Source: an uncultured Verrucomicrobiae bacterium (lineage in GTDB: Bacteria > Verrucomicrobiota > Verrucomicrobiia > Chthoniobacterales > JAATET01). From it: a stretch of 64,000 nt of DNA. The position numbers were made by a program, and so were the translations under genes. The stretch covers positions 64,001 through 128,000 of the forward strand of contig CAVRCI010000006.1 in the NCBI GenBank assembly GCA_963719495.1, written 5' to 3'. Positions 28,482-36,878 of the stretch are shown one piece after another (the first letter of the stretch is position 1; each line of letters begins with the position of its first letter). The notes under the pieces are model-generated. The model did not search any database. It was given only the letters and a program-made list of their open reading frames with translations, and was not told the origin of the DNA.

Positions 28482-28874
28482 ATGAAACCCGGCCCCACCC
28501 CTGAAGCTCGTCTCCGCCATTGCGGCATCGATCTCGATGACGTTGAGGAGAGCTTTGCTCGCAGTAGCGGTCCAGGTGGCCAAAATGTAAACAAGGTCGA
28601 AACCATGGTGAGACTGATCCACCGTCCCAGCGGAATTGCGGTCGCTGCGTCAGAACATCGGTCGCGTGAAATGAACCGCCGGGCTGCTTGGGAACGTCTG
28701 GCAGGAAAGTTCGAGGCCTTGGACGAGGCTCGGAAGCTGGAACGAGCTGCAAAAAGATCCCAAAAACGAGCTCAATCCGGACGGCGACCGCCGGGCGTGA
28801 AGCGGAAGATGCTCGAAGCGAAACGCCGCCGAGGAGAGGCGAAGAAGCTCCGAGGGAAAGTGCAGGACGGCTAG
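28482..28874 (+). CDS. arfB: ArfB/YaeJ-like peptidyl-tRNA hydrolase (island-borne intact copy)
   Basis: FARSSGPGGQNVNKVET, HRPSGI, RSREMNR and basic tail KRRRGEAKKLR. Confidence 0.85.
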   Translation: MKPGPTPEARLRHCGIDLDDVEESFARSSGPGGQNVNKVETMVRLIHRPSGIAVAASEHRSREMNRRAAWERLAGKFEALDEARKLERAAKRSQKRAQSGRRPPGVKRKMLEAKRRRGEAKKLRGKVQDG

Positions 28875-30547
28875 CCGGACTTCTTTGGGGCTGATGTTGG
28901 TGGGTTGCGGACGGGGGAGGACATCAGGCGCTGTTTCATTCCGTTCCGGTATTCGATGACGACGTAGGGCCAGTCATTTGCCGGGAGGTTTTCGACCTCC
29001 GTTCCCTTGAATTCCGGCGCGTGGCCGAAGCGGAAGGCGGTTATGGATCGCACGCGGCGCCGAATTTCCATTTGCAGCGCGAGTCGGTTTTTCGGATCAC
29101 CTTCCGAAATGAGGGCTTTGAACTCCACGATGCCTTCGGCGACGGAATTACGGGCGGCAGCCATGTGGTCCCGCTGCTCGTATAGATCGTTCAGCTTGGC
29201 TTCGGTGTCTTCAAGTTCCTGGGCTGCGGCGGCGGCCTTTACCTTCGCGGCTTTCAGCAGCGGGTCCGGCATGTCGGCCATGTTATCGAGAAATTTACCG
29301 ATGTCGGCCTGGAGCTTGGCGGTGTGCATTTCGGTCTCGGCGATTTGGGCATCGAGCTTGTCGCACTCATCGTCTGGGCCTTGGCGGACAAGAGTCGCCC
29401 AGTCGAGTTGCTTTAGATGGTTGAGGACGATCTTTTCAAAATGCGCGTAAGGCCAGAATTGGCTCTTGGTGCCGTCGTGAAGGCTTACATCGGACCGGAG
29501 GTAGCGTTGATCTCCACGGTTGCGAGCCTGGCCCCTTGAAGACTTATCTATATAGTGCATCTTGTTTCCGCTGTAACCGTCGATGACGAGGCCGGAAAAA
29601 AGGTTGTTCGTCCTCAATCCGCGAGGGCCGGTGGGAGCCTTCGGGCGGTTGTGAGCGCCTTGCCAAAGCTCGGGTGAAATGACGGCGGGGTAATATCCCT
29701 CAATGGGAGGTCCATCCGGGATACGGCTGCGGGTTTCGGAGCCGAGGCGGTGAGGCTGGTAGATTCCGAGGGCGGCTTTGTTGTTTAGAAAATACAGGAT
29801 GTTGCTCGACGCTCAACGCGGGCCGTCTCCCCATGTCTGAATGCCTTCGTTGTTGAAGGTCCGGGCGATGAGACGTTTTCCGAGTCCTTTTCCAGCAAGT
29901 TCGAACATCCGAACGAGCAGCGAAGCGCGGTCGGAGATGACGCTGTAGGCCTTGGTGCCGTCCTCAGATTTCGTCAATTCAAGCCAAGCGGGGCAGAGTT
30001 TGCTCTGCGGCGTTTTAGTTTCGGCTGCCACGAGACGCTTTTTTGCCCAGGCTTTGGCGACGCGGTGGCCTTTCATGGCTGACTCCTCATGCGCCCGCAC
30101 CATCATCAGAATCGAGAGAATGAGGTCAGTGGGATTTTGGTTGATGGCGTCGCGGTTGTAAGCCTTCTCGTCTGCCAGCGTAACGATGGTGATGCTGGCC
30201 CTGATGATGTTGGTGAACAACGCAAGCGCGTCCAAGATCTCGGTGCGGCTCAACCGGTCGAGTGATTCCACGAGAAGGGTCGCCCCAGCGGGAATGCGCC
30301 CGGTCTCAATGGCAGTCATGAATCCCGCGAGGGCTCCTTCGGTAGCATTGCGGCCCCGGTATGCACTGACTCCGAGGTCCCTGAGATTCAGGCTGTAATC
30401 AAGGCGAAGCCCGATTACGGCGGCGTATTCCTCGCTTGCTTCGGTTTGGCGCCGCAGGCTGTCGCCCTGCATCTGCTGCAGCGATGAGAAGCGGATATAC
30501 GAAAAGGCTAGGGACCTTGTTTTTGTCGGATGGGTACGATTCTCCAT
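28871..30547 (-). pseudogene. Large serine recombinase with in-frame TGA at 29813-29815
   Basis: YIRFSS.QQ..GDSLRRQ, DLGVSAY, VESLDRLSR, RAHEES, YYPAVIS, NLFSGL, coiled coil; both ORFs share one frame. Confidence 0.88.
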
Positions 30548-30621
30548 CCTGAGCTTCTCCTGTCCTCGCTGGGGCAGGTGAAGCGCTATTTTCTGAGAAA
30601 GTAAACTTTTTTGGAGGATTG

Positions 30622-30647
30622 GGCCAGCACCTGTTGACGTGCTGGCC
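30622..30647. other. Putative att junction GGCCAGCAC-CTG-TT-GAC-GTGCTGGCC
   Basis: 9-bp perfect inverted arms around a central TT, exactly where arfB similarity stops. Confidence 0.7.
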
Positions 30648-30746
30648 ACCCGGTCCGCTGGCCCGCGCGATGAGGACGTGCAGATCGTCCTCGCGCACGC
30701 CGAGGCGCGCGAGGCGGGGTGCGAATTCATCCGGGATGATGGGCAT
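30634..30746 (-). pseudogene. arfB: 5' part of the host arfB-like gene, interrupted after GGQHVN
   Basis: MPIIPDEFAPRLARLGVREDDLHVLIARASGPGGQHVN, then unrelated sequence; host-like GC3. Confidence 0.8.
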
Positions 30747-30836
30747 CGGGCGGAAACTAGCAGACAATGGCCGGGACGAAAAGGGACGCCGTCGTTGACG
30801 CTGGCCCGGCGCACCTGCTACGTCGATTAATCAACG

Positions 30837-31778
30837 ATGCCCGCCACCCACCAAATCGAATCCGACGCCGCCGGGACCCACGACGTCCTGAAGAACGCCG
30901 ACGCCGGCATTCGCCTCGTCGTCGCCCGCACCGGGGCGGAACCGATCAGCCTGGCACGCCGCGCCGCCGATGGGTCGTGGGTGGGATTCCTCCATCGCGA
31001 CGGCGAGACCGGGAAACCGGCGGACGGGTGGGCGAATCACGCGACGGTGATGGGCTACTACCTCCACCGGCTGGTCGAGGAGCGGTCGACGTATCGCGAC
31101 GCGGTCATCACGGGCGGGAATCACGGTTTTCTCCGCAGCTTTGCGTTCGCCGAGCCGACCTTCGACGCCGGGCGCGGCTCGCTCACCTACCACGTGGCCG
31201 CCGCGGACGTGCCGCCAGCCGCTTATCCTCTGCGGGTGGCGCTCGATCTGACCTACCGGCTCGACGGTGAGGCGCTGCGGGTGGAATTCGAATTTCGCAA
31301 CGAAGAACCCGCGACCGAGGCCCACGTGAGCTTCGGGCTGCACCCGGGGTTTGCGGTCACGTCCGTGCTCGACGCGGACGTCATTTTTCCGGCGGGGACC
31401 TTCGTTCGCCACCGCGCGCCCGATAATTTCCTCGATGGCCACACGGAGCGCATCCCCTACGGTGGTGGGCTGATGCCGCTCGCCAAGGACGACCTGCCGG
31501 GCTCGTTCCTGCTGGGACTCGACGAGGTGCCCGACCCGCGGTTCACGCTCCGCGACGAACGGGCGGGACGCGAGGTCGTTTGCGATTTCGCCGGCTGCCC
31601 CTACGTCACGATCTGGAGCGACCTCGGCCCCTTCATTTGCATCGAACCTTGCTGGGGATTGCCCGACAGCCGACCGCAACGACCTTTCGAGGACAAGATC
31701 GGCATCCAACGCATTGCGGCGGGCGGCTCGCTGCGGGCCGGCTTTTCGATTCATCCGCGACTTCTCGACCGATCATGA
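30837..31778 (+). CDS. Aldose 1-epimerase family protein
   Basis: NHGFLR, YPLRVALDLTYRL, FGLHPGF, FICIEPCWG. Confidence 0.8.
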   Translation: MPATHQIESDAAGTHDVLKNADAGIRLVVARTGAEPISLARRAADGSWVGFLHRDGETGKPADGWANHATVMGYYLHRLVEERSTYRDAVITGGNHGFLRSFAFAEPTFDAGRGSLTYHVAAADVPPAAYPLRVALDLTYRLDGEALRVEFEFRNEEPATEAHVSFGLHPGFAVTSVLDADVIFPAGTFVRHRAPDNFLDGHTERIPYGGGLMPLAKDDLPGSFLLGLDEVPDPRFTLRDERAGREVVCDFAGCPYVTIWSDLGPFICIEPCWGLPDSRPQRPFEDKIGIQRIAAGGSLRAGFSIHPRLLDRS

Positions 31779-31924
31779 TCGTCCAGCTCCTGCTCAAGTT
31801 TCTTCTACTCGTGATTCTGACGTTTCTCTTCGTCGTGCTCTACGACAACGGGACGACCGATTACGCGGCCGCACTGGGGCGCAATTTCGAATCCCTCGTC
31901 GCTAGCTTGGAATCCGGTTCGTAA
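31775..31924 (+). CDS. Small membrane protein
   Basis: ATGA overlap; MIVQLLLKFLLLVILTFLFVVLY hydrophobic helix. Confidence 0.55.
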   Translation: MIVQLLLKFLLLVILTFLFVVLYDNGTTDYAAALGRNFESLVASLESGS

Positions 31925-31991
31925 AGCTGGACGCCGCCCGAGTTCGAAATTGCTTCCAAACGCCGATTCCGGCAACCTCACCTCAAAGAAC

Positions 31992-33380
31992 GTGAAGACC
32001 GAAAAAGACCTCCCCGAATCGCACCGCCCGACCTGGCTGAAAGCCGTGAGCGCCATGGAACTCAAGAACTACGGCTACGTGGTTCAGCTCCTCCAGAGTC
32101 TGCTCAAGCAGGAACCCGATTTCCTCCCCGGCCGCATTCTCGCCCGCAAGGCCGCGATCCGCAAAGCCGCCACGACCAAGAAATCGATGTTCAGCCTGGG
32201 CAGCAGCGGAGCCTCGAAGGCCAAGAGCCTCATCAAAAAAAACCCGCTCGAAGCCATCGCGGCGATCGAGGCCGTCCTCGGAGAAGATCCGCACAACGCC
32301 TCCGCGAATCAGACGCTCCGCGAAGCCGCCCTCGCCGCCGAGATGCCGGAAATCGCCGCCTTCGCGCTCGAGACCATCGTCGACGGCAACCCGAAAGACA
32401 CCAAGGCCATGCACGAACTGGCCCGCCACTACGTCCAGCACGATCAGGCCGACAAGGCGGTCGAAGTTTACAACAAAATCACCACCATCAATCCGGCCGA
32501 CCTCGTCGCCGTGAAGGGCGGCAAGGACGCCGCCGCGCGGAATTCCATGAAGAGCGGCGGCTGGGAAAACAAGGACGCCACCTACCGCGACCTCATCAAG
32601 GACAAGGAAGCCGCCACCTCGTTGGAGCAAAAGGGCCGCGTCGTTCGCAGTGACGAAATGATCGAGCAGCAGCTCGCCGAGCTGGGCCAGAAATACGAGG
32701 AAGATCCCAAGAGCGTCGACACGACCCGCAAGATCGCCGAGCTCTACGAGCAGAAGGGCGACCTCGAGAACGCCGTCGCGTGGTTCACCTACGCCGCCGA
32801 GCTCACCAACAACACGGACGCGAATTTCGTCCGCAAAGCGTCCGACCTGCGCGTCAAGCAGCTCGACGGCAGCATCGCGGAATACGAGACCTTCATCGCC
32901 GAGAATCCCGAGAGCGAGGAACTTTCCCGCTACCAGGAGGAGCTCGAAGACATCAAACGCCAGCGCGCCGAGATGTCCCTCGACGAGGCCCGCAAGCGCG
33001 TCGAGCGGAACCCGACCGACCTGATGTTCCGCTTCGAGCTGGCCGAGATCCTCGTGAAGGCCGGCCAGTACAAGGAAGCCGTCCCGGAGCTGCAGAAGGC
33101 CCGGCAGAATCCCAACGTCCGCCTCCGCGCGATGAACCTTCTCGGTCAGTGCTTCGTCGAGCGCAACATGCTCGACCTCGCCGTCAAGACCCTCGAGGAC
33201 GCCGCCAGCGAGCTGATCGCGATGGACGCGACCAAGAAGGACATCACCTACAACCTCGGCCTCCTCTACGAAAAGATGGGCAATCTGGAGAAATCCATCG
33301 AGTGCATGAAGTCGATCTACGAGGTCGACTACGGCTACCGCGACGTCGCCGAGCGAGTCGAAGGCAGCTACGGCGAGTAG
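31992..33380 (+). CDS. Tetratricopeptide repeat protein
   Basis: Multiple TPR helices; C-terminal IYEVDYGYRDVAERV. Confidence 0.85.
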   Translation: MKTEKDLPESHRPTWLKAVSAMELKNYGYVVQLLQSLLKQEPDFLPGRILARKAAIRKAATTKKSMFSLGSSGASKAKSLIKKNPLEAIAAIEAVLGEDPHNASANQTLREAALAAEMPEIAAFALETIVDGNPKDTKAMHELARHYVQHDQADKAVEVYNKITTINPADLVAVKGGKDAAARNSMKSGGWENKDATYRDLIKDKEAATSLEQKGRVVRSDEMIEQQLAELGQKYEEDPKSVDTTRKIAELYEQKGDLENAVAWFTYAAELTNNTDANFVRKASDLRVKQLDGSIAEYETFIAENPESEELSRYQEELEDIKRQRAEMSLDEARKRVERNPTDLMFRFELAEILVKAGQYKEAVPELQKARQNPNVRLRAMNLLGQCFVERNMLDLAVKTLEDAASELIAMDATKKDITYNLGLLYEKMGNLEKSIECMKSIYEVDYGYRDVAERVEGSYGE

Positions 33381-33486
33381 GAAGTTGATTCCACAGGGAA
33401 GCGACGCACCCATTGTGTCGCTTGCTCAGGAGGCTTCGAGTCGGCGAAAGGGATTGCGCCAGCAATCCCCATCCAGGAACCCCGCT

Positions 33487-33615
33487 TGTCGTGTTGAGCG
33501 AAAGCGAAACATCTCTGGCTTCTCATCGGATGCGTGCCCTTTCGTCGAACACCCCTTCGATCAAAGACGGTGAGAGAGTGGAAACCAAAGATCTTTCGCA
33601 TCGCTCAAGATGACA
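33487..33615. repeat. REP-like inverted pair (TGTCRT..TGAGCG..GCGAA..ATCT type)
   Basis: TGTCGTGTTGAGCGAAAGCGAAACATCT and AGATCTTTCGCATCGCTCAAGATGACA. Confidence 0.65.
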
Positions 33616-33721
33616 GGTTGGAACCTCCGGGACCCTCGCCGCTTTGACCGACTCGAGATCGCACCAGCCCGAAGCATTCCCGCTAGACGTCCCCTCTTCC
33701 ACCAGACTACGATCCACCCCG

Positions 33722-34558
33722 ATGGCGGAAGCGGCGGCGGAGGTTCGTAGCGCAACGGTCCGGTGGCGAAAGCCCACCGGCCCGCAGGTCCAGACTTGGC
33801 TCCTCGGTGGATGGACCGGCCTCGTCTTCCTCTTCCTCTACGTTCCGATCGTTCTCCTGATCGTCTTTTCGTTCAACGAATCGCGTTTGAACATCCGCTG
33901 GACCGGCTTCACCACCCACTGGTATGCCGCGCTCCTCGACAACGCCGTTCTCCTCAAGGCCTTCAAGAACAGCATGATCGTGGCCACGGCGACGACCTTC
34001 CTGGCCACCGCGCTTGGCACCATCGGAGCCTGGCTGATGTTCCGCTACCGCTTTCCATTTCGCAACGCGCTCAATCTGCTCATCTTCATTCCGATGGTGA
34101 TGCCGGAGGTCCTCATGGGCGTGAGCCTGCTCATTCTCTTCGTCAATCTCCACATCGACCGCGGCTACCTCACGCTCATCATCGCCCACACGACGTTCTG
34201 TTTTCCGTTCGTGCTCGTCGGCGTGCAGGCCCGCCTCGAAGGCATCGATCCCTTCCTCGAAGAAGCCGCCATGGATCTCGGAGCCACCCCGATCCAGGCG
34301 TTCATCAAAGTCATCGTCCCCTACCTCATGCCCGCCATCCTCGCCGGCGCGCTCATGTCGTTCACGCTGTCCTTCGACGAATACATCGTGTCGCTCTTCA
34401 CCTCCGGCGTCGGCTCGCAAACGCTGCCACTCAAAATCTACGGCCTCGCGAAGAAGGGCCTCAATCCCCAACTCAATGCCCTCAGTGCGATCTTCATTCT
34501 GGTCACCATAGTGGTCGTCCTATTTAGTCAACTCACCCGAAGCAGAAGCAAAACATGA
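33722..34558 (+). CDS. potC: Spermidine/putrescine ABC transporter permease
   Basis: FLYVPIVLLIVFSFN, GFTTHWY, LEEAAMDLGA, FTLSFDE. Confidence 0.88.
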   Translation: MAEAAAEVRSATVRWRKPTGPQVQTWLLGGWTGLVFLFLYVPIVLLIVFSFNESRLNIRWTGFTTHWYAALLDNAVLLKAFKNSMIVATATTFLATALGTIGAWLMFRYRFPFRNALNLLIFIPMVMPEVLMGVSLLILFVNLHIDRGYLTLIIAHTTFCFPFVLVGVQARLEGIDPFLEEAAMDLGATPIQAFIKVIVPYLMPAILAGALMSFTLSFDEYIVSLFTSGVGSQTLPLKIYGLAKKGLNPQLNALSAIFILVTIVVVLFSQLTRSRSKT

Positions 34559-35727
34559 AAAAAACATCCAAACTCCTTGCCCTCACCGCGCTCGTCGCTG
34601 GTTCGTTCGCCCTCACCGGCTGCGACAAACCCGCCGAACCCACGAACCCAGTTCCCGAATCCGGGCCGGTGGAATCCGCGACGCCCGCGGAAGCTCCCGC
34701 CGCTGAATCCGCCGAAGCCACGCCCGAGGCGACGCCGAAGAGCGAACACGACACCGGCGAAGAAAAGGTTCTCAACCTCTTCGTCTGGTCCGAATACGTC
34801 CCGCAGGCCGTCATCGACAAGTTCTCCAACCAGACCGGCATCAAGGTCAACGTCGAGAACTACGCCTCCAACGAAGAGATGCTCGCCAAGCTCCTCGCTT
34901 CGGGCGGTCAATACGATCTCATCCAACCGAGCGAATACACCGTCGAGGCGCTCATCAAGGCCGACCTGCTGCGACCCATCGACAAGGACGCCGTCCCGAA
35001 CGCGAAGAACATCGCCCCCGAGTTCACCAGCCTGCCCTTCGATCCGGGTAACAAATACTCCATCCCGTGGATGGCCGGCACCGTCGGCATCGTCGTGAAC
35101 ACCGAGATGGTGACCGACCCGGTCGAAAGCTACGACGACGTCTTCCAGGAAAAATACGCCGGCAAGATCGTCGTCCTCGACGACGCCCGCGAGATCACCA
35201 GCTGGGCGCTCGAATCCCTCGACATTCCCGTCAACGAAGTCACCGACGAGAACCTCGCCAAGGCCAAGACCGTCCTCGAGAAATGGCTCCCCATGGTGAA
35301 AGTCTACGATTCGGACAGCCCGAAGACCGCGCTCCTCAACGGCGACGTCGCCGTCGGGATCGTTTGGAGCGGCGAAGGCGCCATCCTCCTCAACGAGGCC
35401 CCGGACAAGTTCAAGTGGACGCTCCCAGCCGAAGGTGCCCACCTCTTCGTCGACAGCCTCGCGATCCCCAAGACCGCGAAACATCCCAAGAACGCGGAGC
35501 TGTTCATGAACTTCATCCTGCGCCCGGCGATCAGCCTCATGGTCAGCGAGGAATTCCCCTACCTCAACCCGAACGCCGCCGCGCGGAAGGAAATGTCGCC
35601 CGAGCAGCTCGGCAACGCGGCCGCCTTCCCGACCGAGGAAGAACTCGCCCGCATGGAAACCTTCGAAGACATCGGCACCCAGGCCTCGGCCGTCGACGAG
35701 ATGGTCACCACCGTCAAGGTGCAGTAA
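34555..35727 (+). CDS. potD: Spermidine/putrescine ABC transporter substrate-binding lipoprotein
   Basis: Lipobox LTGC; WSEYVP, SNEEMLAKL, DPGNKYSIPW, WSGE. Confidence 0.88.
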   Translation: MKKTSKLLALTALVAGSFALTGCDKPAEPTNPVPESGPVESATPAEAPAAESAEATPEATPKSEHDTGEEKVLNLFVWSEYVPQAVIDKFSNQTGIKVNVENYASNEEMLAKLLASGGQYDLIQPSEYTVEALIKADLLRPIDKDAVPNAKNIAPEFTSLPFDPGNKYSIPWMAGTVGIVVNTEMVTDPVESYDDVFQEKYAGKIVVLDDAREITSWALESLDIPVNEVTDENLAKAKTVLEKWLPMVKVYDSDSPKTALLNGDVAVGIVWSGEGAILLNEAPDKFKWTLPAEGAHLFVDSLAIPKTAKHPKNAELFMNFILRPAISLMVSEEFPYLNPNAAARKEMSPEQLGNAAAFPTEEELARMETFEDIGTQASAVDEMVTTVKVQ

Positions 35728-35783
35728 CCCGCCCAACGGCGGCGGCCCTCGAAAATCGAGAATCGAAATTCGAAACTCCAAAA

Positions 35784-36659
35784 ATGGCCGCCATCGCTCC
35801 AGCCGCCCCCAATCCCAGCCCCGCCTTCGAGCGACGGCCGGGCTTGGGGGCTTGGCTTTTCATGGCGCCACTTTTTCTGTGGCTCCTCCTCTTCGTCATC
35901 GTCCCGACCGGGATGCTCGTCCTCTACAGCTTCATGCAGCGGGACGGCCTCGGTCGGATCGTCTTCGAATTCAGTTGGGAAAACTACGCCCGCGCCTTCG
36001 ACTGGATCTGGCTGCGGATCCTCCTCGTCTCGATCTGGTATGCCTTTCTCACGACCGTCATCTGCATGGCCGTCGGCTACCCCGCCGCCTACTTCATCGG
36101 CCGCGCCCCCGAGCGCTTTCGGAATCTCCTGATGACGCTCGTCATGGTCCCGTTCTGGACCAGCTTCCTGATCCGCACCTACGCGTGGATCTCCATTCTC
36201 AGCAGCGAAGGTCTGCTCAACGCCACCCTGCAGGCCGCCGGCATCACCAGCGCGCCCATCGGGTTCATGTACACCCCGTTCGCCATGGTGCTCGGCCTCG
36301 TCTACAGCTACCTCCCGTTCATGATCCTCCCGATCTACACCAGCGTCGAGCGACTCGACGGCGCGATGATCGAGGCCGCCTACGACCTCGGTGCCGGACC
36401 CGTCCGCGCCTTTTCGAAGGTCATCATCCCGCTCACCCGACCCGGCATCGTCGCCGGCACGCTCCTCGTCTTCGTCCCCTCCATCGCCATGTTCGCCATC
36501 ACCACCCTCATGGGCGGCGGCACGAACCCAACCATCGGCGAGACCATCCACAAACAATTCACCTCCGCCGGCAACCAACCCTTCGGCGCCGCCCTCGGCA
36601 CCCTCCTCCTCCTGCTCTTCCTGGCCTCCCTCTGGCTCACCCGCGGCAAACGCGCGTAG
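35784..36659 (+). CDS. potB: Spermidine/putrescine ABC transporter permease
   Basis: PFWTSFLIRTYAW, YLPFMILPIY, IEAAYDLGA. Confidence 0.88.
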   Translation: MAAIAPAAPNPSPAFERRPGLGAWLFMAPLFLWLLLFVIVPTGMLVLYSFMQRDGLGRIVFEFSWENYARAFDWIWLRILLVSIWYAFLTTVICMAVGYPAAYFIGRAPERFRNLLMTLVMVPFWTSFLIRTYAWISILSSEGLLNATLQAAGITSAPIGFMYTPFAMVLGLVYSYLPFMILPIYTSVERLDGAMIEAAYDLGAGPVRAFSKVIIPLTRPGIVAGTLLVFVPSIAMFAITTLMGGGTNPTIGETIHKQFTSAGNQPFGAALGTLLLLLFLASLWLTRGKRA

Positions 36660-36678
36660 GCGGGCATAGCCCGCCGGG

Positions 36679-36834
36679 GGGAGCGCGACCATCCTGGTCG
36701 CAGCGGCGACCTTCCAGGTCGCCGCCTCCAACCCAACCGGCGAAGCCGCATTCCCAGCAACCAGCCGCTTCGCGGAATCACCACGAAGATTCGAGCTGGA
36801 AGCTCGAATCAGCGGGCTGGAAGCCCGCGCTCCC
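36679..36834. repeat. Multi-hairpin REP/MITE-like element
   Basis: GGGAGCGCG...CGCGCTCCC ends; related copies near 56377-56423 and 62067-62120. Confidence 0.65.
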
Positions 36835-36878
36835 CTCCACACTTGCAAAACACGCCTTCACCGCCTTTTCTTCCCGCA

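Larger units (their letters stand above)
15020..30635 (-). mobile_element. Large-serine-recombinase defence island inserted in an arfB-like gene (left boundary approximate)
   Basis: LSR next to an interrupted GGQ gene, att-like palindrome, lower GC segments, RM/defence cargo. Confidence 0.8.

Noticed and set aside
13432..29815. Alternative genetic code or stop-codon readthrough explaining the in-frame stops
   Set aside because: The three stops differ (TAA, TAG, TGA), and all three codons end normal genes in this window.
30399..30767. 122-aa ORF as a functional release factor
   Set aside because: Similarity ends at GGQHVN; the rest is read-through into island sequence out of frame with the integrase.
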